DNA of 64,000 nt. Origin: Antedon mediterranea (taxonomy: Eukaryota > Animalia > Echinodermata). The notes under the pieces were generated by a model, which ran no database searches, was not told the DNA's origin, and worked only from the letters and a program-made list of their open reading frames with translations. The translations under genes and the position numbers were made by a program. The stretch covers positions 17,904,795-17,968,794 of the forward strand of contig NC_092670.1 of NCBI RefSeq assembly GCF_964355755.1. The letters are read 5' to 3'. This document shows, piece by piece, positions 50,989 to 62,121 of this stretch. Numbering within the stretch: position 1 is the first letter of the stretch; every line of letters starts with the position of its first letter.

Positions 50989-53038
50989 CGTATATAGAAA
51001 TAATATAACGTACTCTTCCCTAGTATGATATACTAAGGAAAGAATTTCCCAAAAGCCCGTCATCTGCGTTTACTTTTTAGTTTATGCTTCGCGTTATGTT
51101 TATTTTAAGGTATTTTGAATATGATAAATTTGACAAGAAAGAACATTTTTTTTGTTTTTACAATTACAACGAATAAAGTTTTTCTATGTTAAGTCACTAC
51201 CCACAGCTTTTTTTAGTCATTGCAGAGCTCTCAGGGTCAGACAAACGATAAATATGTAATCCTGGAATTATCCTGACAATCCAGGAAATGATTTTAAAGT
51301 TTTACAATTACTCAAAAAAGATGTTGTGGATATTACAATAATCAATAGTCAGACAAAATAAACAAATCGTTTTTCTTGCGGAAAACCAATTTTAAATCAC
51401 CGATTTGTTATTATTACAGTACATGTTTTGTCTATTATCTATTTTAAACCCACATTATAAAAATCATATCGATTTATGTAATTCAGTAAATAAAAGCACG
51501 ATTCCCTGCAGTCCCGGAGGCGGTCGAACATCCGGGAGGTTCTTTGTGGCTTCAGAAATTCGTGAACTGTTTCCCGGTGTAACAAACTTTGTGAATTTCA
51601 ATAACAGACCATTTGACATTAAAAACCTAAAAATATGGATACAAGTTTAAAAAATTTCTAAAAATAAACAGTTAGCGTGTTTTATTATTTTGCCCTTATT
51701 TATTTATAAAATGGGAGTATTGTTGTTAATGAGATTTGATGCTTTATTATTAATAAGGTCTTTAGGTAGGCCCATATTAGGTAGGCCTATGTTAGATACG
51801 TCTATGTTAGAAGGTCTATATTAGATAGGCCGATATTGGGTAGGCCTCATTATATTGTCGCAATCATTATGTGAATCGCTCAAATAAAATAAAAAAATGG
51901 TTGTGAAAACGTTTAACCCAGATGACACATTTTATTGGCCTACTTTTCATAAAACATATATTTTTCTTTATTTGGAATGTTTTTGTACTTCTTTTGTGCT
52001 TGTATCGTCATTATACAGTACTGCAAAGATACCCGCTTCAGTACAAATCCCGGTAGTGTTGAGCCATCCACCCACAACCGCTGAGTGGAAGTTTTGAAAT
52101 GTAGTTTAAAACATTTATAGTAGGATTAAAATTCCGGAAATTATTAAAATAGAAAATAATAAAAGTTATAAATACAATGATTACAGAAAGCAAGAAAAAA
52201 CTAAATAATAATTGTATTTTGTTTACAGAAAGTGAAAGCAAAATATTAACGAATCAATTAATTCATAAATACATGATTGAGAGCACGTTAACATTAAATA
52301 ATAAATATAAATACTATAATATGTGAAATGTGATGGGAAGATTAAACTTCTGATCACACCATCGGTAATATTTACACAGATAAACTCGAACGACAAGCAA
52401 GGTAAAGAGTAGTGAATTAGAAAACACATTTCGTAACTTTTTTTAAATCAATAAAAGAATCTTTTAAATAATTTGTGAAAATGTCCTAAAAATGTTACAT
52501 TAAAGATGTATTGTCCCCCAGAACAAATGAATCTTAACTGTTTTGTTGTTGAATAGGCCTATGCCATTTTAATGTCACATAATAGTTATCCACTTTGACC
52601 AAAAATTGGATCGAAAAAACACATTTTTAGGCAAAATATAGTTAAATTGGCTGCCAGCCAATGGATTATTGGTTGAATTTAACCATTTATTTTGTCATTG
52701 TATAAGTGAAACAGTATGTTTGTTTTCTACGGACGTGATTAACTTTATTAAAACTACAAAATAATCTATTCAAATTCTGATTTTTTTTTATGATGATACC
52801 GAAAGTATGAAATGCCGACGGTTGGGATTTTGTTACCGTCACAGAATGAAATGAATCCTATTTTATTTCTTTAAAATAAAATTTGCTAAAACTACTTTTA
52901 ATCATAGTAATAGTAGAAACAAAACAAACTATTCAAAAATGGAGAGAAGAGGAAGTAAACGATAAAATACCAAAAACAATACAATATTATACAACAGCAA
53001 ATCTAAGAAAATATTGAGATAATCACTATAACGATGTT

Positions 53039-53178
53039 CCGAGTCTCGGTTGGGGCGACTTTTTCTCATTCTCACAGATTTCCTCATCTTTATCGTTTCA
53101 AATTAATTAATTAAATTTCAGTATATCACCAGGCGGTTTAGAATTAATGTTCTTTGCCTGTTGTGTTTATATATATAA
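53039..53178 (+). mobile_element. Partial third copy of the tRNA-containing repeat
   Basis: GAGTCTCGGTTGGGGCGACTTTTTCTCATTCTCACAGATTTCCTCATC... matches the reverse complement of ~1000-1110; ends in a short (TA)n. Confidence 0.8.
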
Positions 53179-53191
53179 AGATTAGGCCTAT

Positions 53192-54440
53192 GCAAATTGG
53201 CGCATTATGGTATAAGAGGCATCGTTTTAATGTGGTTTAGAAACTATTTAAGTGGCCGCAAACAATATGTTTATGCCAACGGTAGATCATCATGTTTAAA
53301 AGACACCAATATAGGGGTGCCACAGGGTTCTGTTTTAGGACCACTTTTGTTTTTAATTTACATCAATGATATAAGTCGAGCAAGTAGTAAAATAGATATA
53401 ATTAGTTTTGCTGACGACACAACTTGTATAACAAGGGGAGATGACCCTACAATGTTAAACCATACTATGAATATTGAACTAGAAAAAATAAACGTATGGC
53501 TTAAAGCAAATAAGCTGTTACTGAATGTCAGCAAAACTAATTACGTTGTTTTTAGAACTAGCCAAAAGAACTTTGACAAAAACCAGTTTAAAATAAAAAT
53601 GAATAATGTGTTATTACATAGAAAAGAAAATGTGACATTTCTAGGTGTAATGTTAAACGAAAATCTTAACTGGAAACATCACATACAGCTTATTAGGAAA
53701 AAAATGTGTAGGGCAATTGGTATACTTTTAAAAGTAAGAGAATTCTTTCCTCATAAAGTCCGTATTAGTCTTTATAACACCTTAGTATTACCTCACCTTC
53801 AGTATGGTAACTTAATATGGGGAAATACATACAAGAGCACGTTAGAAGTAATACTAAAACTCCAAAAGAGAGCTGTAAAATGCATTACCTTCTCTAAATC
53901 CAGACAAGCCTCAGAGCCACTGTTTAAGAAACTAAAAATATTAAACGTTTATGATATTTACAAAGTAAACGTCATAGGATTTATGGCAAACGTAAAATTC
54001 AATGAATTACCACATCACATTTTAAATATTTTTAATTACTGTGACAGTATTAGGCCTACTCATAACCTCAGAACAGAAACTGAATTCGAAATTCCCTTCA
54101 CAAGACTAACTTGCAGTCAACAGTTTATACACATATATGGACCAAAATTGTGGAAAGAATTCACTTGTAATGGTGGTAATAAACCGGTTATCTTAAAGAA
54201 ACAAAATAAATGTATAAAAAAACAGGTTAAAAAATACTTTTTATCACTATATGCTGATTAACAACACCTTTGTTTATTTAAGTTCTATATACTTGTTCTT
54301 ATGTAAAAGGGTCCTACAAAAAAACGAAGCTATAGCTTTTTTATGCAGGATCCCTGTTCTCAGTTGTACTGTAATTATGATGTACTGTAATTGATGACTA
54401 AATAAATGTGGAATAAATGAAAAAATAAATGAAATGAAAA
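53192..54440 (+). mobile_element. Second, more 5'-truncated copy of the same LINE
   Basis: Near-identical to 47040-48270 (5 amino-acid differences across the 354-aa ORF); same 3' stem-loop and TGAAA tail. Confidence 0.92.
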
Positions 54441-57294
54441 TGTATAATTTATATTGTATATTCGTGTCCGTTTTCATAACTGTTGGCGTTGCTTGTTTGA
54501 TGTTGTCACATTACTCTTTGGGCTTCAACAGTTTTATATATTTAATATTTAAAGATTGTTTCCCAAAAACATGAAAAATAAAAATTAATATAATGTAGTT
54601 TTAATCAAGTTAATAAAGAAAAGCAATCACAAAAATAATACTTTTTTAATACTTACTCACTTACTCAAAATAAACGGTTAAATTCAACCAAAACCCCATT
54701 GGCTATTTTGCTTTAAATTACAGTTTTTTTCAGGTAAATATATTTTTTTTTAATCCAATTTTTGGTGAAAATAAATAACTACTTTGTGAAATTAATATGG
54801 CATGTTCAACAAAAAAATAAAAAATAAATACATTTTCAGGGATACAATTTAATTTACTTTTTACTTAAAAGATATTGAGATATGAATAATTCACGCAACA
54901 AATAGGTACCTTTGCGTGCAATGGCAAGGGTCATGACGGATGCAGTGCAGCCTGTAATTCCACGCCAAAATTGGCACAGCAGCAGGAATTTAAACGAATG
55001 ATTTTGGCCGTAAATATCTATTTCACTGAATTACACTTGTATCACGTAGTTTATCAGATTGGATGATAGCAAAGTCTCGATTCGATTAATTCATCAGCAC
55101 ATGATTAGTAAATTAATACAATCGCATAAAAACACCAAACCAACAATAATAATAGTAATGTGACCAACAGATAAAACATCTGATCACACCATCAACAACA
55201 CAAAATAGATTTGTGTGATGTAGGCCTACCAAGGCACAATGCGTAATTACGTTATAAATGGTTAGGCCTACCGGGGAAATGTCGTTAGGGATACGCTGTT
55301 AGTTAGTTTCATGGGTAGGCCCTACATTTATCGCTAACTTTGCTACAACCAACTTACCAGGGTAAATAGCCAAGCCTAAAGAGACCCTGGTAGTATAAAA
55401 AACAACAAAAATATATCAATTATCTATTGCTTAAGATTCTTGGACGCAACGCAACGACGTAGGCGAAACGCGAATAATTTGACCAATCACAAAGCGATGG
55501 ATCATTCGAACTATCGCTTGTGATTGGTCAAATTCACTTGCGTTGCGCCTACGTCGTTGCTTTGCCTCCAAGTGGCAGCCAAGCTTTACATATTATGTTT
55601 TGTTATCTAGATTTCCAAGAAAGAAATAAAAACAATTGTAAATATGTTACATAAAACTGAAAGCAACAAATTGCTCAATAAATTAGATTAATTAATCAGC
55701 ACATGATTGGCAAATAAAAACAATAGTAGGCCTACGTGAATAAACAACAGAAAAAAACCAATAACTAAATAAGGATAAACCATCATATCACTTATAAGTG
55801 TAATATTCCTTTAAAGTACGCAAGAACCTAAGCGCAACGATTTGACCAATCACAAGCGATAGATTATTCAAACAGTCGTTTGTCATTGGCAAACTCGTTC
55901 GCGTTGCGTTTACGTCTTGCGTTTGCCTCCTAGAAGGGGAACCAAGCTTAACAGAATCGTTCTCAGCTTAGCCACCAAAGGCATGATATGACGTTCAAAA
56001 CACTTTGTGCTAATGCTGGGCGTGTAGTATAAGTAAGGGCTGGGTAGGCTTTTATTGGCTGCTGGGTGGAGAATGTTCCCGCTCATAATTTATGTTCAAT
56101 CGACTTATTGTGAATCTTACACATCACGAAAAAAACCCATTAAAAAAAACGTCATTATCGCATGTAAAATGCACTACATGTCCATGGGGTAAAAATGAAA
56201 ACAATGTCTGGAGAAACGGTCACGCGATAACTACTGAAAGCGAAAAAAAATTCTCTCCAATCGTTAATTTTTTTTACAAAATTCCCTTATTTTACGATTC
56301 GTTTGTTATTGGTCCTCTTGAAGGCACGATTGTCACCATTAAATAGTATGAATCACAGAATCTAAATGAAGCTCTTAAGCGCGACAAAGGCATTGTCACT
56401 GAAAGTAGTGACAACATACCGTGTTATTGACAGTGTGACGTAGGCATAAATAGTTGAATCTTAGCAATGTCAATGAGTGATGACGTAAACAGTATTTTCC
56501 TTTCAAAAGCTGGCAATTATTGGACTTCTCATAATGACGCTGATGTGTTCAAGAGGGCGTAATGAAAATGAGCATTTATACCACCACCGATGCAAAGATT
56601 GTATTTTTTTGCTTTCAACTGCAGTCTATTATTGAAGCTCAACGGGGGAGCATGTCACGTTTTAACGCATTATACCAAAGATATGGGGTTCAGTACAGTA
56701 TACTATCTTTTGTATACACAACCGATGTCATAAATCTAGGTTCTAGACATTTCGACTTAATCGGGTAAAAGATAAATATTTTGTATTTTGGCACACATGG
56801 CGTTTCATACGTATAATACTTGATCTGGAATATTAAACATAAAAAAGACAATAATAAGAAGTCTAGCGATGTAAATGTGTTTCAAACGTACAGTAGTCTT
56901 ACAGAAGCTCAATATTAATGAGGGCGTGTGTCATGTTTAAACGCATTACGCTTCTCGTCTGTTTTCTGTTGAGAAATCGTGAAAAAACCCCGATGACTGA
57001 TGGAAAAATTACCAACTTATAATACGATTAACTCTTCAATATTCAATCGCTTCTGATTCATACTGATATTTATACATTTCGAGATTCGACAAAGCTACGA
57101 AAATATGTGAATGTTTTGAAAGAAATAACCCGGTTCGAATCTAGTCGGCTGATCTTCTAGATGCTCTTCACTAGGGATGTAACATCATTTTTATTTGAAG
57201 AATTTAGTAAAACATTAACCAGATTGGAGAATGAGTGTTTTAAAATCATAGCTGAAAAGGTAAAAACAATAACTCACAAGATTGGCGGACCGCA

Positions 57295-58302
57295 ATGGAT
57301 ACGAATAGTACGCAGAACGCCGACGATTCTACGCACATTTTTATTATTTTCCTGCGAACAATGTTCATAATATTTTGCGCTTTTATGACAATTAGCGGGA
57401 ACATTCTTAATATCGTCGTATTGTATCGTCTGCGATCTGTATCAGAAGTTGCCAAAATATTCCTGCTTTCTCTGACGTTTGCGGATTTGTTTCTCGGGTT
57501 GCTAAATCTGTTTTCAATAATTCCAGCGATAATTTCGTCGTGGCCGTACGGAGGTGGACTTTGTATGGCTATCGGGTTATCTGGCAGTATTTTTTGTGGT
57601 GTTTCTTTGCTGTCGTTATTATCTGTAAGCATTGATAGATACATAGCTATCTCAAACCCTCTTCACTACATACTGTTGGTAACCAAAAAACGAGCGCTGT
57701 TTGCGGTTACTTCTATTTGGATTTTCACGTTTATTTTAGTTACTTTAGCCTCAATCCTTGAAGGAAAACAATTTGTAATTTACAAACGGGATCTGTGTAC
57801 ATGCATTGTAGCGTTCGGTGATTTACAGTTTAAAATATTTATCATTATTACATTATTCGCCTTTATCATGGTTCCCGGACTTCTTATGATTCTTCTGTAT
57901 ATCCGATTATTCTTTATTAGCAGGAAACATATTCGTCAGATTACAGAGTTAACCGTTTCATCAAATAACGGAATCCCGATTGTATCGAAGAAGGAATGGA
58001 AAGCGATCAAAACATTATTTATTGTCACCGGCGCTTTTAATATTGCATGGTTGCCATTTTTAATAGTGCATTCTTATATGGCAATAACTAATAACACTGT
58101 TAACGATGGGGCGCTATTCTTCATTCTATGGTTAGCGTTGTCTAATAGTTGGTGGAACTCTTTGATATATTCAGCTACGAATCACGCGTATCGGAAGAAC
58201 GCATTGCAGGTTATGAAGTCCATGTTACCGTGCTACAAGAACCATGTACACCCAATTAATATCGATTCGGACACCAATACGTTTTCTTTAACTCAACGAT
58301 AG
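57295..58302 (+). CDS. Intronless class A orphan GPCR, paralog 2 (335 aa)
   Basis: 7TM; GN, LTFAD, WPYG, DRY, AWLPF, WLALSNSWWNSLIY; NST sequon. Confidence 0.93.
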   Translation: MDTNSTQNADDSTHIFIIFLRTMFIIFCAFMTISGNILNIVVLYRLRSVSEVAKIFLLSLTFADLFLGLLNLFSIIPAIISSWPYGGGLCMAIGLSGSIFCGVSLLSLLSVSIDRYIAISNPLHYILLVTKKRALFAVTSIWIFTFILVTLASILEGKQFVIYKRDLCTCIVAFGDLQFKIFIIITLFAFIMVPGLLMILLYIRLFFISRKHIRQITELTVSSNNGIPIVSKKEWKAIKTLFIVTGAFNIAWLPFLIVHSYMAITNNTVNDGALFFILWLALSNSWWNSLIYSATNHAYRKNALQVMKSMLPCYKNHVHPINIDSDTNTFSLTQR

Positions 58303-58744
58303 CACGTTTTAAGATATTGGACCTCACCTTCGCTTGTACTTCATACCGTAGTTTACGATATAGTGAACTAATATTTTATTAACTTATATTCGCCCAACGC
58401 ACCACAATCTTGAAAGTTAGAGACCCGAACGAATCGTACGCGCATAGAAACTCAAGAAAAAGATCGAAGTACAGGTTTTACTAAATTATAGAATGACTTT
58501 ACTGCACAAACTGGACGTTATTTCCATTATGCATACTTTGCAGCTTATAATGTGACCCACTTAATTCATAACATCTTTTAAGTTATTAGTGATCCACAAT
58601 AAAGTGTGAAGATACAGAGCTGACGTGTCAAAATAGTCTAAATTACTGAATAAATAAAGAGTGAAATTTCTTATTAGTATGACATCTTACGGTTCATAAA
58701 ACCTAGTCTAAATTAACAAACTTCAAAAACGTTGATTTAGATTT

Positions 58745-59040
58745 ATAGGGCGCGTGTTTGACGTTCGACTTACTGATCGTGAGATCGAGCTTCGAATCCA
58801 ACTCTCGCCGCATTGCTTGTATACTTAGGCAAGGTACTTTACTTACGTTTGCCTCTCTCCACCCAGTGTATAAATGGGAACCCGGGTAGATCAAGACACA
58901 ATTTTGCGCTGATTACTAGCTGCATTATGGGAGTATGTTTCCATACGTGTTTTATCCACACAAAAAATAACTGGGATAATAATGTTCAGCTCTTAGAAGT
59001 TCCCAACACAAGGCGCTATATAAATCCAGGATATTATTTA
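58745..59040 (+). mobile_element. tRNA-derived SINE with conserved core and L2-like tail
   Basis: Degenerate TTCGAATCC B box, core CTTAGGCAAGGTACTT..TGCCTCTCTCCACCCAGTGTATAAATGGG, tail GCGCTATATAAAT..TATTATT. Confidence 0.7.
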
Positions 59041-61077
59041 TGAGATAAAGTCATGTATTTTAATCACTAAGTAACAGGTCTATTTTTGTATACCCTTTTT
59101 ATCTAACAAGGCCATATACATGGCTGCAGTCGGGTGCTCAAGTTCGTGTTTACCGACTGACCAACCCACCGACATAGTGAGCTGTAGAGTCGCTTTGCAC
59201 GCGACTAAAAATTGACACTGAAAATGAAAAGTAGGCGTAGGATGATTGTGAATTGTCTCTTATTATAGCGTGACAATAAAACACAAGTTTTGTTATTATG
59301 GAAATAAAAATAAAAATAAATATTTATTTATGTATATAAACACAATTTGGCAACGATCAATACATATGGAAATGAACAATACAGTAAAGTAGTGTTTTTG
59401 GTAAATATTAATAAGATATTGCATAAATAAATGTTATTGTATGTTGTACAAATGGCGCCATTCATGTCAATTTACTATAACACAGTCTTTGTACTTAGTT
59501 ATCAAAAAGAGTGTGTACTTTACGATAATGCAAAGATTTGTCTTTGCAGTTAAAATTTGAATATTTCCAGAAATAAATTTAATTCGGTTATTAAAATGTA
59601 TTACAATATTTATTGTCACTTTAACAACAGTTCTTCTACTCAAAGATAACAGTAACAATAACGTAAAGATTGTTCTTTGCAGTTAAAGTACTAATATTTC
59701 CATGTAATTTCATGGTAACCAGAATACATATAATAACAAGGTCATATAGAAATAACGATTACAACAATGTTGACACATCCGGTATACTGTATGTTACCAT
59801 TTAGAATAATCTACATTTTGTTCTCCCTCCCGGCACTGTCTCTACTTTTTTTATTTTATTCATGTTAAAAAAACATTTATCCGATACTGTGCGAACATAA
59901 ATTACTATATAGTATAACAATTTTATAATTTAACAAAATTTCATTTCGTTTAAAAAATAGAAAACTACAGTTAAAAATGTCCAAAGACGGAAACATGTAA
60001 AATAGTTTAAAAAAAGCAGAAATTGTACAAAAGATTTTAACAAACATTAACATTGTGCAATGTATATCATATCTAACTTGATACATGCCAGTGGGAAAGT
60101 CTGCAGTCCCATCATTATTTTTATCGTTAGTGGGCTTATCATATTCAATATTTTATTAGATTTCCACGCTGCTGCTCTAGCCCTTATATTCACGTATAAA
60201 AAGAGAAAAGAAACGTTTAATTATAACCCAAAAACCATTGTCTGACAATTTTAGTATTTTTTGCTTTAAATTACATTTTTTCAGGTAAACTATTATGTGA
60301 CAATAAAATGACACATTCAAAAACAAATTGGAAATCAAAATATTTTCCAGAGGGACAATATATCTTTAAAACTGTTACGTCAATAAGCGAGCAGCGTTTT
60401 TTGTAAGAAATATTTCTTGTTATGTTTTAATAAAGGAACTATTGTTGAAGCTCAATGACTATATGTTCATGAGGGCGTGTGTCATTTTTTATGAAATTAC
60501 GCCTATTATATCGTGCTCTGAGAAATGTTAATAGTTAGTACCACGAAACCATTGGAGTACGGCAGTTCGATTTCAAAAGCAGTAATTATTAAATGCCAAT
60601 ATTAATGAGGGCGTATGTCGTGTTTTAAGGCATTACACCTCTCGTCTGCTCTCTGTTGAAAGACCGTGAAAACCCCGATGACTGATGGGAAATTATTCTC
60701 CTCCTCATCACCTGTAAATCACGGAGTACGAACTCATAAATACAATAAACTGACGTGCAGTATTCAATCGCTCCTCTGACATCGGTACTTAAACAATCCG
60801 ACAGATAATGTGATAGATTAATTCAACAAAGCGACGAAAAAATTGGAATGTTTTGAAAGTAATAACCCGTATTCAACCAGTTATAGTCGGCTAATTTAGA
60901 AACTCTTTAATAAATACGTGTGATAACATTTTTATTTGGAGAATTTAGTAAAACAACAACCAAATTGGAGAATGGGTGTTTGAATAAACATTTTATTCAA
61001 TTATTCCTAGAGTCGCAGTTTCCACTACATAAAAAGGTAAAAGCAATAACTCAAAAGATTGCGGCGCATAAAGAGCA

Positions 61078-62121
61078 ATGGATACGAATAGTACGCAGAA
61101 CGCCGACGATTCAACGCACATTTTAATTATTTTTCTACGAACAATGTTCTTAATATTTTGTGCTTTTATGACAATTAGCGGGAATATTCTTAGTATCGTC
61201 GTATTGTATCGTCTGCGATCTGTATCAGAAGTTACCAAAATATTCCTGCTTTCACTGGCGTTTGCGGATTTGTTTGTTGGGTTGCTGAATGATCTGTTTT
61301 CTATAATTCCCGGGATAATTTCGTCGTGGCCGTACGGAGATGGACTTTGTATGGTTATCGGGTTATCTGGCAGTATTTTTTGCGGTGTTTCTTTGCTGTC
61401 GTTATTATCTGTAAGCGTTGATAGATACATAGCTATCTCAAAGCCTCTTCACTACATACTGTTGGTAACCAAAAAACGAGCGCTGTTTGCCGTTGCGTTT
61501 ATTTGGATTTTCACGTTTATTTTAGTTACTTTATCGTCAATTCTTAAAGGAAAACAATCTGTGTTTTACAACCCAAACCTGTGTACATGCATGGTAGCGT
61601 GGGGTGACGTGAAGTTTAAAACATTTAACATTATTACATTGTTCGCCTTTATTATGGTTCCCGGACTTCTTATGATTCTTCTGTATATTCGATTATTCTT
61701 TATTAGCAGGAAACATATTCGTAAGATTGAAGAGTTAACCGTTTCATCAAATAACGGAATCCCGATTGTATCGAAGAAGGAATGGAAAGCGATCAAAACA
61801 TTATTTATTGTCACCGGCGCTTTTAATATTGCATGGTTGCCATTTTTAATAGTGCATTCTTATATGGCAATAACTAATAACACTGTTAACGATGGGGCGC
61901 TATTCTTCATTCTATGGTTAGCGTTGTCTAATAGTTGGTGGAACTCTTTGATATATTCAGCTACGAATCGCGCGTATCGGAAGTGCGCGTTGCAGGTTAT
62001 GAAGTCCATGTTACCGTGCTACAAGAACGATGTCCAGCGATTTAATGGCGATTCGGACACCAATACTAATTCTTTGAATCATCGACAGCAAGTTGTTAAC
62101 ACGACTGCTCAGACATTTTAA
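61078..62121 (+). CDS. Intronless class A orphan GPCR, paralog 3 (347 aa), recent duplicate of paralog 2
   Basis: 7TM with the same motifs; high nucleotide identity to 57295-58302, extending several hundred bp upstream. Confidence 0.93.
   Translation: MDTNSTQNADDSTHILIIFLRTMFLIFCAFMTISGNILSIVVLYRLRSVSEVTKIFLLSLAFADLFVGLLNDLFSIIPGIISSWPYGDGLCMVIGLSGSIFCGVSLLSLLSVSVDRYIAISKPLHYILLVTKKRALFAVAFIWIFTFILVTLSSILKGKQSVFYNPNLCTCMVAWGDVKFKTFNIITLFAFIMVPGLLMILLYIRLFFISRKHIRKIEELTVSSNNGIPIVSKKEWKAIKTLFIVTGAFNIAWLPFLIVHSYMAITNNTVNDGALFFILWLALSNSWWNSLIYSATNRAYRKCALQVMKSMLPCYKNDVQRFNGDSDTNTNSLNHRQQVVNTTAQTF

Larger units (their letters stand above)
52500..54855. mobile_element. Kolobok-like (TTAA|AG...) non-autonomous element arms bracketing the LINE copy; related arms at ~6035-6130, ~13579-13700 and ~60250-60369
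   Basis: TTAAAGATGTATTGTCCC termini at 13579 and 52500, reverse form at ~60351-60369. 52500-52690 is an imperfect inverted copy of ~54672-54855. Confidence 0.55.

Noticed and set aside
46991-54261. Domesticated RT or retron-like system paired with the repeat array
   Set aside because: Both copies are 5'-truncated and lack the endonuclease and N-terminal RT motifs in frame. They carry LINE 3' tails and show only drift-like differences.
57246-61814. Antisense ORFs over the GPCR genes
   Set aside because: Shadow frames of hydrophobic coding sequence, conserved only because the genes are duplicates.
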